Shown here in pieces: positions 19,911-29,840 of a DNA stretch of 64,000 nt. The notes under the pieces were generated by a model, which saw nothing but the letters and a program-made list of their open reading frames with translations, did not search any database and was not told where the DNA came from. The DNA comes from Lachnospiraceae bacterium (GTDB lineage Bacteria; Pseudomonadota; Alphaproteobacteria; RF32; CAG-239). How positions within the stretch are numbered: position 1 is the stretch's first letter; each line of letters opens with the position of its first letter. The translations under genes and the position numbers were made by a program. The stretch covers positions 64,746-128,745 of the forward strand of contig CAVBCV010000001.1 of the NCBI GenBank assembly GCA_963594125.1. Reading direction: 5' to 3'.

Positions 19911-19933
19911 ACTTATAAAGATGATTGTCAAGA

Positions 19934-21028
19934 TTAATTTTTATGTTTGAAAATGGTTTTTGCTAGTAAAACAGCGCAGACCCCGCTGATAACGCTAAGC
20001 AAAGCGCCCATTTTGGCGGCGTCTTGCAGGAAGTTGGCTGTATAGGCAATGTCGGCGATAAACAGCGATACGGTTAATCCGATACCGGCAGAAAGTCCGA
20101 TTAAGATAATATCATACGCATTAATACGTTTGTCAGGTTTTAAGCCGAAAAGCGCGCTGATTTTAATAAATAAACTAATGCCAAGCGGTTTGCCGATAAT
20201 TAAGGAGCTTAAAATTATAAAAGTTAAAACGGAAGCGTTGCCAAAGGTTACACCGGCGTTGGCAAGACCAAAAAAGAACAGCCCGAAAGTGACAACAGGT
20301 TTTAGGTGCTGTTCAAGTTTGTGAAGCGCTGTTTTAGGTATAAACGGCACAATCCAAACCATAGCTAAAGAAGCATGCAGGTTGGCAGAGTGCATACCGT
20401 ACCAGGAGATTAACGTTGGGAGCAGATATGTAAGGTACGATAGTTTTTTATTTTTGCGCAATAAGAAGCTTATCAGCATGGCGAGTATAATCAATAGCAA
20501 ATATTCAGGCTGAAACGGTTTTTCGGCATCAGGGTAAAAAACGGCGATAATACCAAGCCCGATAAAGTCATCAATAATTGCTAAAAACAGCAAAAAGGTT
20601 AAGGCGGGATGTTTTTTAGGGAAAATCAACTTGGCAAATAGCAATGCAACCGCAATATCGGTGGCGGTGCCGATAGCCCAACCGGCGGAATATTGAGGCT
20701 TGCCGAAAACAGTGTTCAGCACATAGAAAATAACTATCGGTATTAATACGCCGCCGCAAGCCGCCATAATATTTACAATGGCTTTTTTAAGCGGGAACAA
20801 AGCTCCGCCGGAAGAAAACTCATGTGTTATTTCAATGGCAACCGAGCCAAAAAACAGCACTAAAAAAATATCGTTTACTAAAAAATGAAAATTGGCGCCA
20901 ACAAAAAAATTATGATGAACAAAGGAATGATATAAATGATAGTCATAATTTGCCCACAACAAAGCAATGATAATTCCGCAGATAAGCGGAAGTGACCAGT
21001 CCTCGGCAATTTGTATAAACTTTTTCAT
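19934..21028 (-). CDS. nhaA: Na+/H+ antiporter NhaA.
   Basis: 364 aa and 11-12 TM segments. NhaA-type N-terminal region (ALLWANYDY ... NDIFLVLFFGSVAIEITHEF). Confidence 0.8.
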   Translation of the reverse strand: MKKFIQIAEDWSLPLICGIIIALLWANYDYHLYHSFVHHNFFVGANFHFLVNDIFLVLFFGSVAIEITHEFSSGGALFPLKKAIVNIMAACGGVLIPIVIFYVLNTVFGKPQYSAGWAIGTATDIAVALLFAKLIFPKKHPALTFLLFLAIIDDFIGLGIIAVFYPDAEKPFQPEYLLLIILAMLISFLLRKNKKLSYLTYLLPTLISWYGMHSANLHASLAMVWIVPFIPKTALHKLEQHLKPVVTFGLFFFGLANAGVTFGNASVLTFIILSSLIIGKPLGISLFIKISALFGLKPDKRINAYDIILIGLSAGIGLTVSLFIADIAYTANFLQDAAKMGALLSVISGVCAVLLAKTIFKHKN

Positions 21029-21118
21029 AATATCTCCGATAAATTTTATCAGATAATAATCAGTAAATTTAAGTTTACAAGTAAAACCCGATAAAAAACA
21101 AAAGAGCCGGGTCTGTTT

Positions 21119-21580
21119 TTAGTTTGTCAGTTGGCTTTTTAAGGCTTCAAGCTTTTCAATTTTAGCTTTGGTTTGAGTAACATAATTGTTGGTTCGGTTA
21201 AGCTGTTCAGTTGCTTCTTTGCAACCTTCAGAGCCATACGCGGTGAGTCCGCTTTCAGAACATTTTAAGTTTTTATCTTTGTTTAATTGTTTGAGGTTGT
21301 TTTTGTTTGATTGATAGTTGTTTTTGAGCGTGGGCAGTTCGGTTTTAATGTAATTTAACAAGTTGTCTTTGGCTTCTTGGCATTTTATGGTGCCGGTTTT
21401 AGCAATTTGCTCGGCAGAGCACGCTTCATCCATTTTTTTAGTTAATTCCACGTCTCTATCGTCAGCAAAACAAAAATAAGCGATTGCCAAAACAATAAGA
21501 ACAACAGTTAAGCATCCGTTGTTTTCTTGGGCGACTTCTGAAATTTTGCCGGTTGCGGTATCTATTTCAATTTTTGACAT
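21119..21580 (-). CDS. Hypothetical single-pass membrane protein with a coiled-coil, Cys-containing ectodomain.
   Basis: 153 aa. TM segment LTVVLIVLAIAYFCF. No recognisable family. Confidence 0.5.
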   Translation of the reverse strand: MSKIEIDTATGKISEVAQENNGCLTVVLIVLAIAYFCFADDRDVELTKKMDEACSAEQIAKTGTIKCQEAKDNLLNYIKTELPTLKNNYQSNKNNLKQLNKDKNLKCSESGLTAYGSEGCKEATEQLNRTNNYVTQTKAKIEKLEALKSQLTN

Positions 21581-21725
21581 TTTATACCTCTTGTTATCTT
21601 ACTTAAAAACGGAGTTACTATAAAAAATAAATTTTTAAGATTCAACAAAAATATACTTGACCTTGAGTTTACTCTAAGTGTTACACTAAAAACGAATCGG
21701 GGGAAATTTTTGTCAGGAGGTAAAA

Positions 21726-22202
21726 ATGAAAGTTTTTTATTATAAGTTTGATTGGCTTAATGCTTGGTTTATATTAAATGCCGTACTGTTGATTATGATT
21801 GCTCACTGTTTTTATTGTTGCCCGTGTCTTATATATTGGTGGCAAACACAGGTTATAATCGGAACGGTTTTATTTTCAGTTTTGATGTGGTGTTGGAAAT
21901 ATGTTTTTAAGCATAAAATAGCGGTGGTAACTGATGAAGACATTACCATAGATTGCTGCAAGCCGCTGAAATGGAGCGATGTTGCAAGCGCGGAGCAAAA
22001 AGATGTACGCTGCTGGTTTAAGAATTACAAAGTGATTGTATTAAACCCGAAAGCCGATATTAAATATCAGTATAACTTTTTGCAAAAGCATAATTGCGGA
22101 TTTACGCCTTTTTCAATACCGCTTTACGGAATTGTTTCAGAGCAGGATATTGATAAGCTGAAAAAAATTATAAAAGAAAAGGTTAAAAAGACCGATTTTT
22201 AA
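21726..22202 (+). CDS. Hypothetical Cys-rich membrane protein.
   Basis: 158 aa. Two N-terminal TM segments with a CFYCCPC cluster. Excellent AGGAGG RBS. Confidence 0.55.
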   Translation: MKVFYYKFDWLNAWFILNAVLLIMIAHCFYCCPCLIYWWQTQVIIGTVLFSVLMWCWKYVFKHKIAVVTDEDITIDCCKPLKWSDVASAEQKDVRCWFKNYKVIVLNPKADIKYQYNFLQKHNCGFTPFSIPLYGIVSEQDIDKLKKIIKEKVKKTDF

Positions 22203-22304
22203 CTTAAAACCTTATAAACGCAGGCTAAAATTTAAAAAGTTGCTTTTTTGTGAACCTTTTTTTAAATAAAATCGTTATTAATAATTGTGAACGGAGTTTA
22301 CAAT

Positions 22305-23510
22305 ATGGAAACGAGAATTATGGTTGAAAAATTGAAAAAAGCGACAAAGAGTCGTAAATTATGGATATACGGCGCAATAATTTTAGCTTGCGTTTTGTTT
22401 TTACCGCATATGTTCGGCAGTAAAGATGAAGTTACTTATATTACGGAAGATGTTAAGCGCCAGAATATTGAAAAGGTGGTTAACGCTGCCGGCGAGGTGA
22501 GGGCAATTCAGCTGGTTACAGTCGGCGCGCAGGTTTCCGGTAAAATTGAAAAGCTGTATGTTTCAGTAGGGCAACATGTTAAAACCGGCGACATGATTGC
22601 TGAAATTGATTCCACGACCCAACAAAATGAAGTAGATATTAATAAAGCTAAATTAAGCAGTTATCAGGCGCAACTTGCTGCGGCTAAAACGTCATTAAAT
22701 GTGGCAGAAAAACAATACTTGCGTATGCAAAAATTAAAAAAGCAAAATGCTGCTTCGGCTGAGGATTTGGAAAACAGCGAAGATGCCTATCAAACAGCAA
22801 AATCAAAAGTGGCGGAGCTTACGGCAGCGGTTAAAGAAACGGAAATTTCATTAAGCACGGCGGAAACTAATTTAGGCTACACCCGTATTACCGCTCCGCT
22901 TGACGGCACCGTTGTTTCAGTTCCGGTAAAAGTCGGGCAAACTATTAATGCCGCAATGGATACGCCGACCATTGTGCAAATTGCCGATTTGAGTCAAATG
23001 GAGATTTTGATTGAAATTTCAGAAGGCGATATTTCTGAAATTAAGGCCGGGGTTAAGGTTACCTATTCTATTTTGGCAGATTTAAACCATGTGTATGAAA
23101 CAACCTTAAAATCTATTGATCCGGCGCTTACGTTGTTGACTAACGGTACCTATTCAGAAGTGGTGGGCGACGATGAGGCAATTTATTATTACGGTCGTTT
23201 GGTTGTTCCTAATAATGAAGGAAAATTACGAATCGGTATGACGACTCAAAACGTAATTTATGTTGAAAATGCTGAAAATGTGCTTTCCGTTCCGGTTATG
23301 GCGGTAAAGGGCAAGGCAAATGAACAATATGTTGAGGTTTTAACTAAAGAAGGTTTACAACAAAAACCGGTTGAAACCGGAGTTTCCGATGGATTGCATA
23401 TTGAAATTAAAAGCGGCTTAAATGAAGGCGATAAAGTGGTGTTAGCGCACATGTCATCGGCTGAAATTTCAGATAAAACCGCAAATACTAAAGGTCCGAG
23501 GAGATTCTAA
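22305..23510 (+). CDS. macA: Efflux-pump periplasmic adaptor (MacA/HlyD family).
   Basis: Start moved to the ATG at 22305, which has a GGAG RBS. The track start is a GTG. N-terminal TM anchor, long coiled-coil, and a beta-barrel C-terminus. Confidence 0.8.
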   Translation: METRIMVEKLKKATKSRKLWIYGAIILACVLFLPHMFGSKDEVTYITEDVKRQNIEKVVNAAGEVRAIQLVTVGAQVSGKIEKLYVSVGQHVKTGDMIAEIDSTTQQNEVDINKAKLSSYQAQLAAAKTSLNVAEKQYLRMQKLKKQNAASAEDLENSEDAYQTAKSKVAELTAAVKETEISLSTAETNLGYTRITAPLDGTVVSVPVKVGQTINAAMDTPTIVQIADLSQMEILIEISEGDISEIKAGVKVTYSILADLNHVYETTLKSIDPALTLLTNGTYSEVVGDDEAIYYYGRLVVPNNEGKLRIGMTTQNVIYVENAENVLSVPVMAVKGKANEQYVEVLTKEGLQQKPVETGVSDGLHIEIKSGLNEGDKVVLAHMSSAEISDKTANTKGPRRF

Positions 23511-23511
23511 G

Positions 23512-25452
23512 ATGAACATCATTGAGCTGAAAAAAATTAATAAGTTTTTCGGTGAAAACGGGAATAGGGTTCATGTGCTGAAAGATGTTAATTTTTCAGT
23601 TGAAAAAGGTGATTTTGTTGCCATTATCGGACAATCCGGTTCCGGAAAATCTACAATGATGAATATTATCGGCTGTTTAGATGTGCCGACGTCCGGCTCT
23701 TATAAAATAAACGGAGTTGAGGTCGGTAAAATGAACAAGGACGAATTGGCGGATTTGCGCTCTAAAACATTCGGCTTTATTTTTCAGCGCTATAATTTGC
23801 TGTCAAGTTTAAAAGCGGATGAAAATGCCGCGCTTCCGGCGGTTTATTTAGGGATTGACGCGGAAACCCGCAACAAACGCGCGGTTGAGCTCTTAAAACA
23901 GTTGGAACTTGGCGATAAGATTAACAATAAGCCGAATGAGCTTTCCGGCGGACAGCAACAACGAGTTAGTATTGCGCGGGCTTTGATGAACGGCGGCGAA
24001 ATTATTTTAGCCGATGAACCGACCGGCGCGCTTGACTCCAAAAGCGGCGAGCGAGTTATGGAAATTATTAAAGAACTGCACAAGCAGGGACATACCATAA
24101 TTTTGGTTACGCATGACAGCCATATTGCCGCGCAGGCAAGCCGGATTATTGAAATTAAAGACGGGCAGGTGGTTTCGGATACCCGTAAATCAGATACTAT
24201 TTATCCGGCGGCGGAAAAAGTGGAGCATAATAAAAAGAGCAAGTTTGCTACTTTTAAGTACAGTTTTATGGAATCGTTTAAGATGTCGGTTCATGCTATT
24301 GTATCTAATAAAATGCGCTCGCTCTTGACAATGCTTGGCATTATTATCGGTATTGCTTCCGTGGTTTCAGTGGTGGCTTTGGGTAACGCGTCACAGCAAA
24401 AAATTATGGAGCAGATTAACTCCATGGGCACCAATACAATTGATATTTTACCCGGTACCGGTTTTGGCGACAGGCGCGCCATGCGGATACGCACCTTAAA
24501 AATCAGCGATTCCGATTATTTGGGAAAACAAAGCTTTATTGATAATTCCACCCCGAAAGTTTCCGCTAACGGAAATTTGGTATATGAAAATCAGGCTTTA
24601 ACCGCACAGCTTACCGGAGTGGGCGAGGCTTTTTTTGAGGTTAAAGGGCGCAAAATTGCTTTAGGACGTATTTTTACGCAAGGCGAGGTTGATGATATGG
24701 CCTCGGTGGTGGTGATTGACGATAACACTCGTAAAGAGCTGTTTGAAAATGACCCTAACCCGATTGGCAAGATTTTAATTTTTAACAAAAAACCGCTGAA
24801 AATCATTGGTATTACCGAGCCGTACAATGCTCCCGGTCCGATGTCAGATTCAATGAACTTGTGGACTCCGTATACAACCGCGATGTATAAAATTAACGGC
24901 ACTAATGATATTGATTCTATCACGGTAAAAATCAGCGATGCGGTAAATTCGCAAGTGGCGGAAGAAAGTATTGAAAATATTTTAACTACGCTGCACGGCA
25001 AAAAAGACTTTTTTATGATTAATACCGATAGCATTAAGCAGACAGTTGAAAGCGCAACCAACACCATGAAGCTTTTAATTGCGAGTATTGCGGTAATTTC
25101 ATTGATTGTCGGCGGTATCGGGGTGATGAACATTATGTTGGTATCGGTTACAGAACGCACGCGTGAAATTGGTATCAGAATGGCAATCGGCGCCAAACAA
25201 GCCGATATTTTGCAGCAGTTTTTAATTGAGGCGGTGCTGATTTGTTTGGTCGGCGGCTTTATGGGAGTGACGCTCTCATTATTGATAGGCGCCGGATTTA
25301 ATACCTTTTCGGAAGATTTCGGTATGATTTTTTCAACCGCGTCTATCGTTTTGGCGTTAAGCTGCTCAACCGCAATCGGTATTATTTTTGGTTATATGCC
25401 GGCCAGAAACGCTTCAAATCTTAATCCTATTGATGCATTAGCGAGTGAATAA
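23512..25452 (+). CDS. macB: MacB-type ABC transporter (fused ATPase and FtsX-like permease).
   Basis: 646 aa. Walker A GQSGSGKST, signature LSGGQQQR, Walker B ILADEPTG, and a C-terminal 4-TM permease. Confidence 0.9.
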   Translation: MNIIELKKINKFFGENGNRVHVLKDVNFSVEKGDFVAIIGQSGSGKSTMMNIIGCLDVPTSGSYKINGVEVGKMNKDELADLRSKTFGFIFQRYNLLSSLKADENAALPAVYLGIDAETRNKRAVELLKQLELGDKINNKPNELSGGQQQRVSIARALMNGGEIILADEPTGALDSKSGERVMEIIKELHKQGHTIILVTHDSHIAAQASRIIEIKDGQVVSDTRKSDTIYPAAEKVEHNKKSKFATFKYSFMESFKMSVHAIVSNKMRSLLTMLGIIIGIASVVSVVALGNASQQKIMEQINSMGTNTIDILPGTGFGDRRAMRIRTLKISDSDYLGKQSFIDNSTPKVSANGNLVYENQALTAQLTGVGEAFFEVKGRKIALGRIFTQGEVDDMASVVVIDDNTRKELFENDPNPIGKILIFNKKPLKIIGITEPYNAPGPMSDSMNLWTPYTTAMYKINGTNDIDSITVKISDAVNSQVAEESIENILTTLHGKKDFFMINTDSIKQTVESATNTMKLLIASIAVISLIVGGIGVMNIMLVSVTERTREIGIRMAIGAKQADILQQFLIEAVLICLVGGFMGVTLSLLIGAGFNTFSEDFGMIFSTASIVLALSCSTAIGIIFGYMPARNASNLNPIDALASE

Positions 25453-25453
25453 C

Positions 25454-26818
25454 ATGAAAAAGAATACGGTTTTAAATTTTTTAGTGATAACAGTTTTATT
25501 TGCAACGCTTGGCTGCGCGGCAAATAAATACGAATCGCGCACGCTTGAAGATGAGTTGGGGCAATATGACAGTAATCGTTATAAAGCCGACGGCGAATGG
25601 TGGCGCGAATACCATAATAATGAGCTCAATCGCTTGGTGGAAACGGCGCTGCAAAAAAATCCGGATTATTTGCGGGCGGCGATAAATATTAATAAAGAGC
25701 TTTATAATTTAAAATTGCAAACGCTTAATTTATTTCCGACATTGGCGGGCAAACTTAACGCATCTTCACAAAGCGAGGTTAAGCGCACCGATAATTTTTC
25801 AAGCAATTTTTCGGGCGAATTGGGCTTAACCTATGAAGTTGATTTATACGGTAAAATCCGTAATTTGCAAACTGTGCAGGAATTTGAATATAAAGCTACG
25901 GAGCAAGATAAAGAATCGGCGCGCTTGAGCCTTGTAAACAGCGTGGTTGATTTGTATTTTAATCTGACATATTTAAATAATGCGATTGCAGTAACTGAAA
26001 AAAATATCGCTTTATATCAAAATTTGTATAATATTTCCGCGCAAAAATACCAAAGCGGTAAAACTGACGATATAGAATATCTGCAAACCAAGCAAAGCCT
26101 GCTTTCAGAGGAAAATAAACTGCTTGACTTACAGACTTCATTTAAAGAGCAAGAGAGCAGTTTGCGCAACATTTTAGGCGCCAAACCTGATGAAGATTTA
26201 AATTTGGAATTTGAAGAGCTTTTAGAGCAAAAACCGCTTAATGTTAATATGGAAACGCCGCTGGCGGTGCTTGCTAAACGTCCGGATTTGCTGGCTGGTC
26301 AATATCGGTTGGAAAAGGCGTTTAAGAACTTAAAAGCTGAGGATAAAAACTGGTATCCGACCATTTCACTCAAAGGGGCGATTAACTCAGCCTCTGACAA
26401 GGCGCGCACCACGTTTGATTTTCCGTATTTGCTTGGCAGTGTCGGGGTTGATTTGCCGTTTTTGGATTGGAACAGGGTGAAAAATAATGTTAAAATTTCA
26501 GAAGCAGATTATAATTTGGCATTAATTGATTTTAAGGATAACTTAAATCAGGCTCTAAATGAGGTTGCATATTATTACTTTGCATATCAAAAAGCAGGAC
26601 AGCAATATGATAATGTTGAACAAAATTATAATAATGCCGTAAAAATCAGCAAATATTATCAGGCGCGTTATAATAACGGCAAAATTGAGTTTAAGGATTA
26701 TTTGGAAGCGATTAACACTGAAAATGAGCTTTATAAAAGCTTGATTGAGCAAAAGTACCAAATAATCAAGTATGAAAACTACATTTTTAAAGCGATGGGC
26801 GGAAAATACGGAGCTTAG
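25454..26818 (+). CDS. Outer-membrane efflux lipoprotein (TolC/NodT-family OMF).
   Basis: Start moved to the ATG at 25454 (MKKNTVLNFLVITVLFATLGC, lipobox LGC). The OMF repeat structure follows. Operon with macAB. Confidence 0.8.
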   Translation: MKKNTVLNFLVITVLFATLGCAANKYESRTLEDELGQYDSNRYKADGEWWREYHNNELNRLVETALQKNPDYLRAAININKELYNLKLQTLNLFPTLAGKLNASSQSEVKRTDNFSSNFSGELGLTYEVDLYGKIRNLQTVQEFEYKATEQDKESARLSLVNSVVDLYFNLTYLNNAIAVTEKNIALYQNLYNISAQKYQSGKTDDIEYLQTKQSLLSEENKLLDLQTSFKEQESSLRNILGAKPDEDLNLEFEELLEQKPLNVNMETPLAVLAKRPDLLAGQYRLEKAFKNLKAEDKNWYPTISLKGAINSASDKARTTFDFPYLLGSVGVDLPFLDWNRVKNNVKISEADYNLALIDFKDNLNQALNEVAYYYFAYQKAGQQYDNVEQNYNNAVKISKYYQARYNNGKIEFKDYLEAINTENELYKSLIEQKYQIIKYENYIFKAMGGKYGA

Positions 26819-27559
26819 CTAGTACATAACCTTGTTTAAGTATAATCCGCAAGCGGGCGCGGTTACACCGGCTTTGGCGCGGCATTTGCTTTCCAAGATA
26901 GTTTTAACGTCGTCAGGAGTTAAATGTTTATCGCCAACCATTTTTAAGGTTCCGACCATATTGCGAACCTGATGGTACAAAAATGAGCGAGCCTCAACAA
27001 TAAAGTCTATTTCATCGCCGTTTTGGATAATTTCAAGCTTATCTAAGGTTTTGAGCGGTGAAAGCGCCTGACAACCGGCGCCGCGGAAAGAGCTGAAATC
27101 GTGATGCCCTAGTAAATGTCTGGCGCCATCGCGCATTAAATCAACATCAAGCGGAAAACCTACATGCCAAACGCGGTTTTCAAGCAAAACAGTGCGGGCG
27201 CGGCGGTTTAATATACGGTAAATATAACCGCGACCAATAGCGGAAAAACGGGCGTGAAAATCAGCGGGAGCCTGCTCAACATTAATTACGGCAACCGGCG
27301 CTTGCATATCGCGCAAATTGGCGTTAAAGGCTTCGCGAATCCGGAACAATTCCATATCGGTATTTAAATCAAAATGCGCAACCTGCGCCAAAGCATGCAC
27401 TCCGGCGTCAGTGCGTCCGGCGGCATAAATTTCAGGTTTTTGATGGGCAAAATTAAACAGCGCGGTTTCAAGATATTCTTGAGCGCTTTTGCCTTCTTGC
27501 TGTTTTTGCCAACCGACAAGGTTGGTGCCATCATATTCTATGGTTATTTTGTATCGCAT
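26819..27559 (-). CDS. truA: tRNA pseudouridine(38-40) synthase.
   Basis: 246 aa. MRYKITIEYDGTNLVGWQKQ at the N-terminus and the catalytic Asp in AAGRTDAGVHA. Confidence 0.9.
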   Translation of the reverse strand: MRYKITIEYDGTNLVGWQKQQEGKSAQEYLETALFNFAHQKPEIYAAGRTDAGVHALAQVAHFDLNTDMELFRIREAFNANLRDMQAPVAVINVEQAPADFHARFSAIGRGYIYRILNRRARTVLLENRVWHVGFPLDVDLMRDGARHLLGHHDFSSFRGAGCQALSPLKTLDKLEIIQNGDEIDFIVEARSFLYHQVRNMVGTLKMVGDKHLTPDDVKTILESKCRAKAGVTAPACGLYLNKVMY

Positions 27560-27601
27560 GCCAATATCAATAATATATTTTGCCCGTTATTGCAAGAAAA
27601 A

Positions 27602-27623
27602 AGCCGGAGCAACACTCCGGCTT
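27602..27623 (-). terminator. Rho-independent terminator for the upstream oxidoreductase gene (minus strand).
   Basis: AGCCGGAG-CAACAC-TCCGGCT hairpin, followed by a T-run on the minus strand. Confidence 0.7.
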
Positions 27624-27641
27624 TACGAATCTGAGTTTAGT

Positions 27642-28661
27642 TTAAGCAACAAGTTTTAAGCCTGATTCTTGTTTTCCTTTAAAAAAACCGAGTTTACGCT
27701 GTACCTCCCAAATAACGCGTAAAGCATTGAGAGCATTTTCACCGGTAATGCGCGGAGTTGCCTCGCCGCGGATGCAAGCCGTAAAGTGGCTGAGTTCGGC
27801 GCTTAACGGCTGATTGGTAGGAATAAACAGCTGTTCAACACTGCCCTTTAAGCCGTAATTCATCCAATCAGGAATGCTTTCTTGATTTACATACGGCATA
27901 CGACCTTGCGAGTGAACGTTAATGCTCTGATTGATAAAGTCCATATCAATGTAGTTGGTGTCAGTGGTGACAGTTAAGGTACGCACGCGGGCTTGAGTGA
28001 TACGGCTGGCCGTTAAATTGGCGGTGGCGCCGTTTTCAAATTCAAGCAAGGCGGAAATATAATCTTTGCCTTCCGGTTTGTCAGCGGTTTTAACTGAGCA
28101 AGCTTGAACATTAACAACCGGAGATTTTACCAAAGACTGAATAACTTCAACATCGTGAATCATTAAGTCCATAGCAACGTCAACATCGGTAATACGACCG
28201 CTGGCGGCAGACATACGTTGAGCGGTTAATGAGCGGATTTTAGAAGTATCGGATAAAATTTTGCCCATTTGCTCAACCGCCGGATTAAAGCGTTCAATAT
28301 GACCGACCAACAAAGTTACGTTGTTCTTTTTAGCGGCGTTGATTAAGCGCATGCACTCATCTTCAGTGGTGGCAAGCGGTTTTTCAATCAAGCAATGAAT
28401 GCCGTGATTTAAGAAAAATTCGCCAACATCGGCGTGAGTGGTTGAAGTGGTGACCACGCTGACGGCATTTACGCTCTTGGCAACTTCTTCCATTGATGAA
28501 AAAGCTTTAATACCGAACATTTCAGCCGCATTTTTAGCCGCTTCCGGAAAAATATCATATACGCCGACAAGCTCAACATTGGGCAGGTTTTTATATGTTT
28601 TTAAGTGGTTTTTACCCATAACTCCGGCGCCGATAACGGCAACTTTAATGGTATCAGTCAT
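27642..28661 (-). CDS. Gfo/Idh/MocA-family NAD(P)-dependent oxidoreductase.
   Basis: 339 aa. Rossmann motif KVAVIGAGVMGKNH and the EKP motif (IEKPLA). Confidence 0.8.
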   Translation of the reverse strand: MTDTIKVAVIGAGVMGKNHLKTYKNLPNVELVGVYDIFPEAAKNAAEMFGIKAFSSMEEVAKSVNAVSVVTTSTTHADVGEFFLNHGIHCLIEKPLATTEDECMRLINAAKKNNVTLLVGHIERFNPAVEQMGKILSDTSKIRSLTAQRMSAASGRITDVDVAMDLMIHDVEVIQSLVKSPVVNVQACSVKTADKPEGKDYISALLEFENGATANLTASRITQARVRTLTVTTDTNYIDMDFINQSINVHSQGRMPYVNQESIPDWMNYGLKGSVEQLFIPTNQPLSAELSHFTACIRGEATPRITGENALNALRVIWEVQRKLGFFKGKQESGLKLVA

Positions 28662-28768
28662 TTAAAATCCTTATGTAATTTGCGAAAAACTGAGCCTTTT
28701 ATAGCACATTTTTCGTCAAATTGCTTTTAAAAAGATGTTACATAATGTTACAATTAAAGCAAATGATT

Positions 28769-29839
28769 TTATTCCATTTCAGCCAAGCGGCGCGCCTGAT
28801 CTTCAGTGATTAAAGCTTCAATAATTTCGTCTAAGGCTTCGCCGGATACAATCTCATCAAGCTTGTACAGAGTGAGGTTGATGCGATGATCGGTAACGCG
28901 TCCCTGCGGATAGTTATAGGTACGGATACGCTCGCTGCGGTCGCCGCTGCCGACTTGAGTTTTGCGCTTTTCGGCATAGTTGGCGTCAATAGTTTCTTTT
29001 TGCATATCATACAATTTAGCGCGCAAGTGGTTCATGGCTTTTTCACGGTTTTTGAACTGTGAGCGGTCATCTTGACATTGTACTACAACGCCGGTCGGGA
29101 TATGGGTGATACGAACTGCGGATTCGGTTTTGTTAACGTGTTGTCCGCCTGCGCCTGATGAACGATAAACATCAACTTTTAAATCAGCCGGATTGATATA
29201 TAAGTCAACCTCTTCAATTTCAGGCAAAACCGCCACTGTGGCGGCGGAAGTGTGAACGCGTCCTTGTGATTCGGTTACCGGCACACGTTGCACGCGGTGA
29301 GCGCCGGATTCAAATTTGAGCTTGGCAAACACATCTTTGCCGGTGATTTTGGCAGATGCTTCTTTATAGCCGCCTAAGCCGTTTTCATTGGCGTCCAGAA
29401 CCTCAAATTTCCAGCCTTGTTTTTGTGAATAACGCTGATACATTTCAAACAAAACGGCGGCAAACAAAGCGGCTTCATCACCGCCGGTGCCGGCGCGAAC
29501 TTCTAAAATAGCGTTTTTTTCATCATCTTCAGACTTAGGGAGCAATAAAATTTTAATTTCATGCTCCATTTCAGGGAGTTTTTCTTTTAATTCATAATAT
29601 TCGCTTTCCGCCATCTCGCGCATTTCTTTATCAAGCGATGAATCTTCCATCATTTGCTTGGCGTCATTTAAATTAGCGGCGGTGTGCTGATATTTTTTGA
29701 TAGCTTCAACCACCGGCGTTAGCAATGAGAGCTCTTTATTGAGCTTAACCAACTCATCGGAAGATACGGTTCCGGTTAGTAAAGATTCAATTTCTTCATG
29801 GCGGCGAACCACGCCGTCAAGTTTTTCTTCAAAATTCAT
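28769..29839 (-). CDS. prfA: Peptide chain release factor 1.
   Basis: 356 aa. GGQHVN motif and a PVT tripeptide. Confidence 0.95.
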   Translation of the reverse strand: MNFEEKLDGVVRRHEEIESLLTGTVSSDELVKLNKELSLLTPVVEAIKKYQHTAANLNDAKQMMEDSSLDKEMREMAESEYYELKEKLPEMEHEIKILLLPKSEDDEKNAILEVRAGTGGDEAALFAAVLFEMYQRYSQKQGWKFEVLDANENGLGGYKEASAKITGKDVFAKLKFESGAHRVQRVPVTESQGRVHTSAATVAVLPEIEEVDLYINPADLKVDVYRSSGAGGQHVNKTESAVRITHIPTGVVVQCQDDRSQFKNREKAMNHLRAKLYDMQKETIDANYAEKRKTQVGSGDRSERIRTYNYPQGRVTDHRINLTLYKLDEIVSGEALDEIIEALITEDQARRLAEME

Positions 29840-29840
29840 T

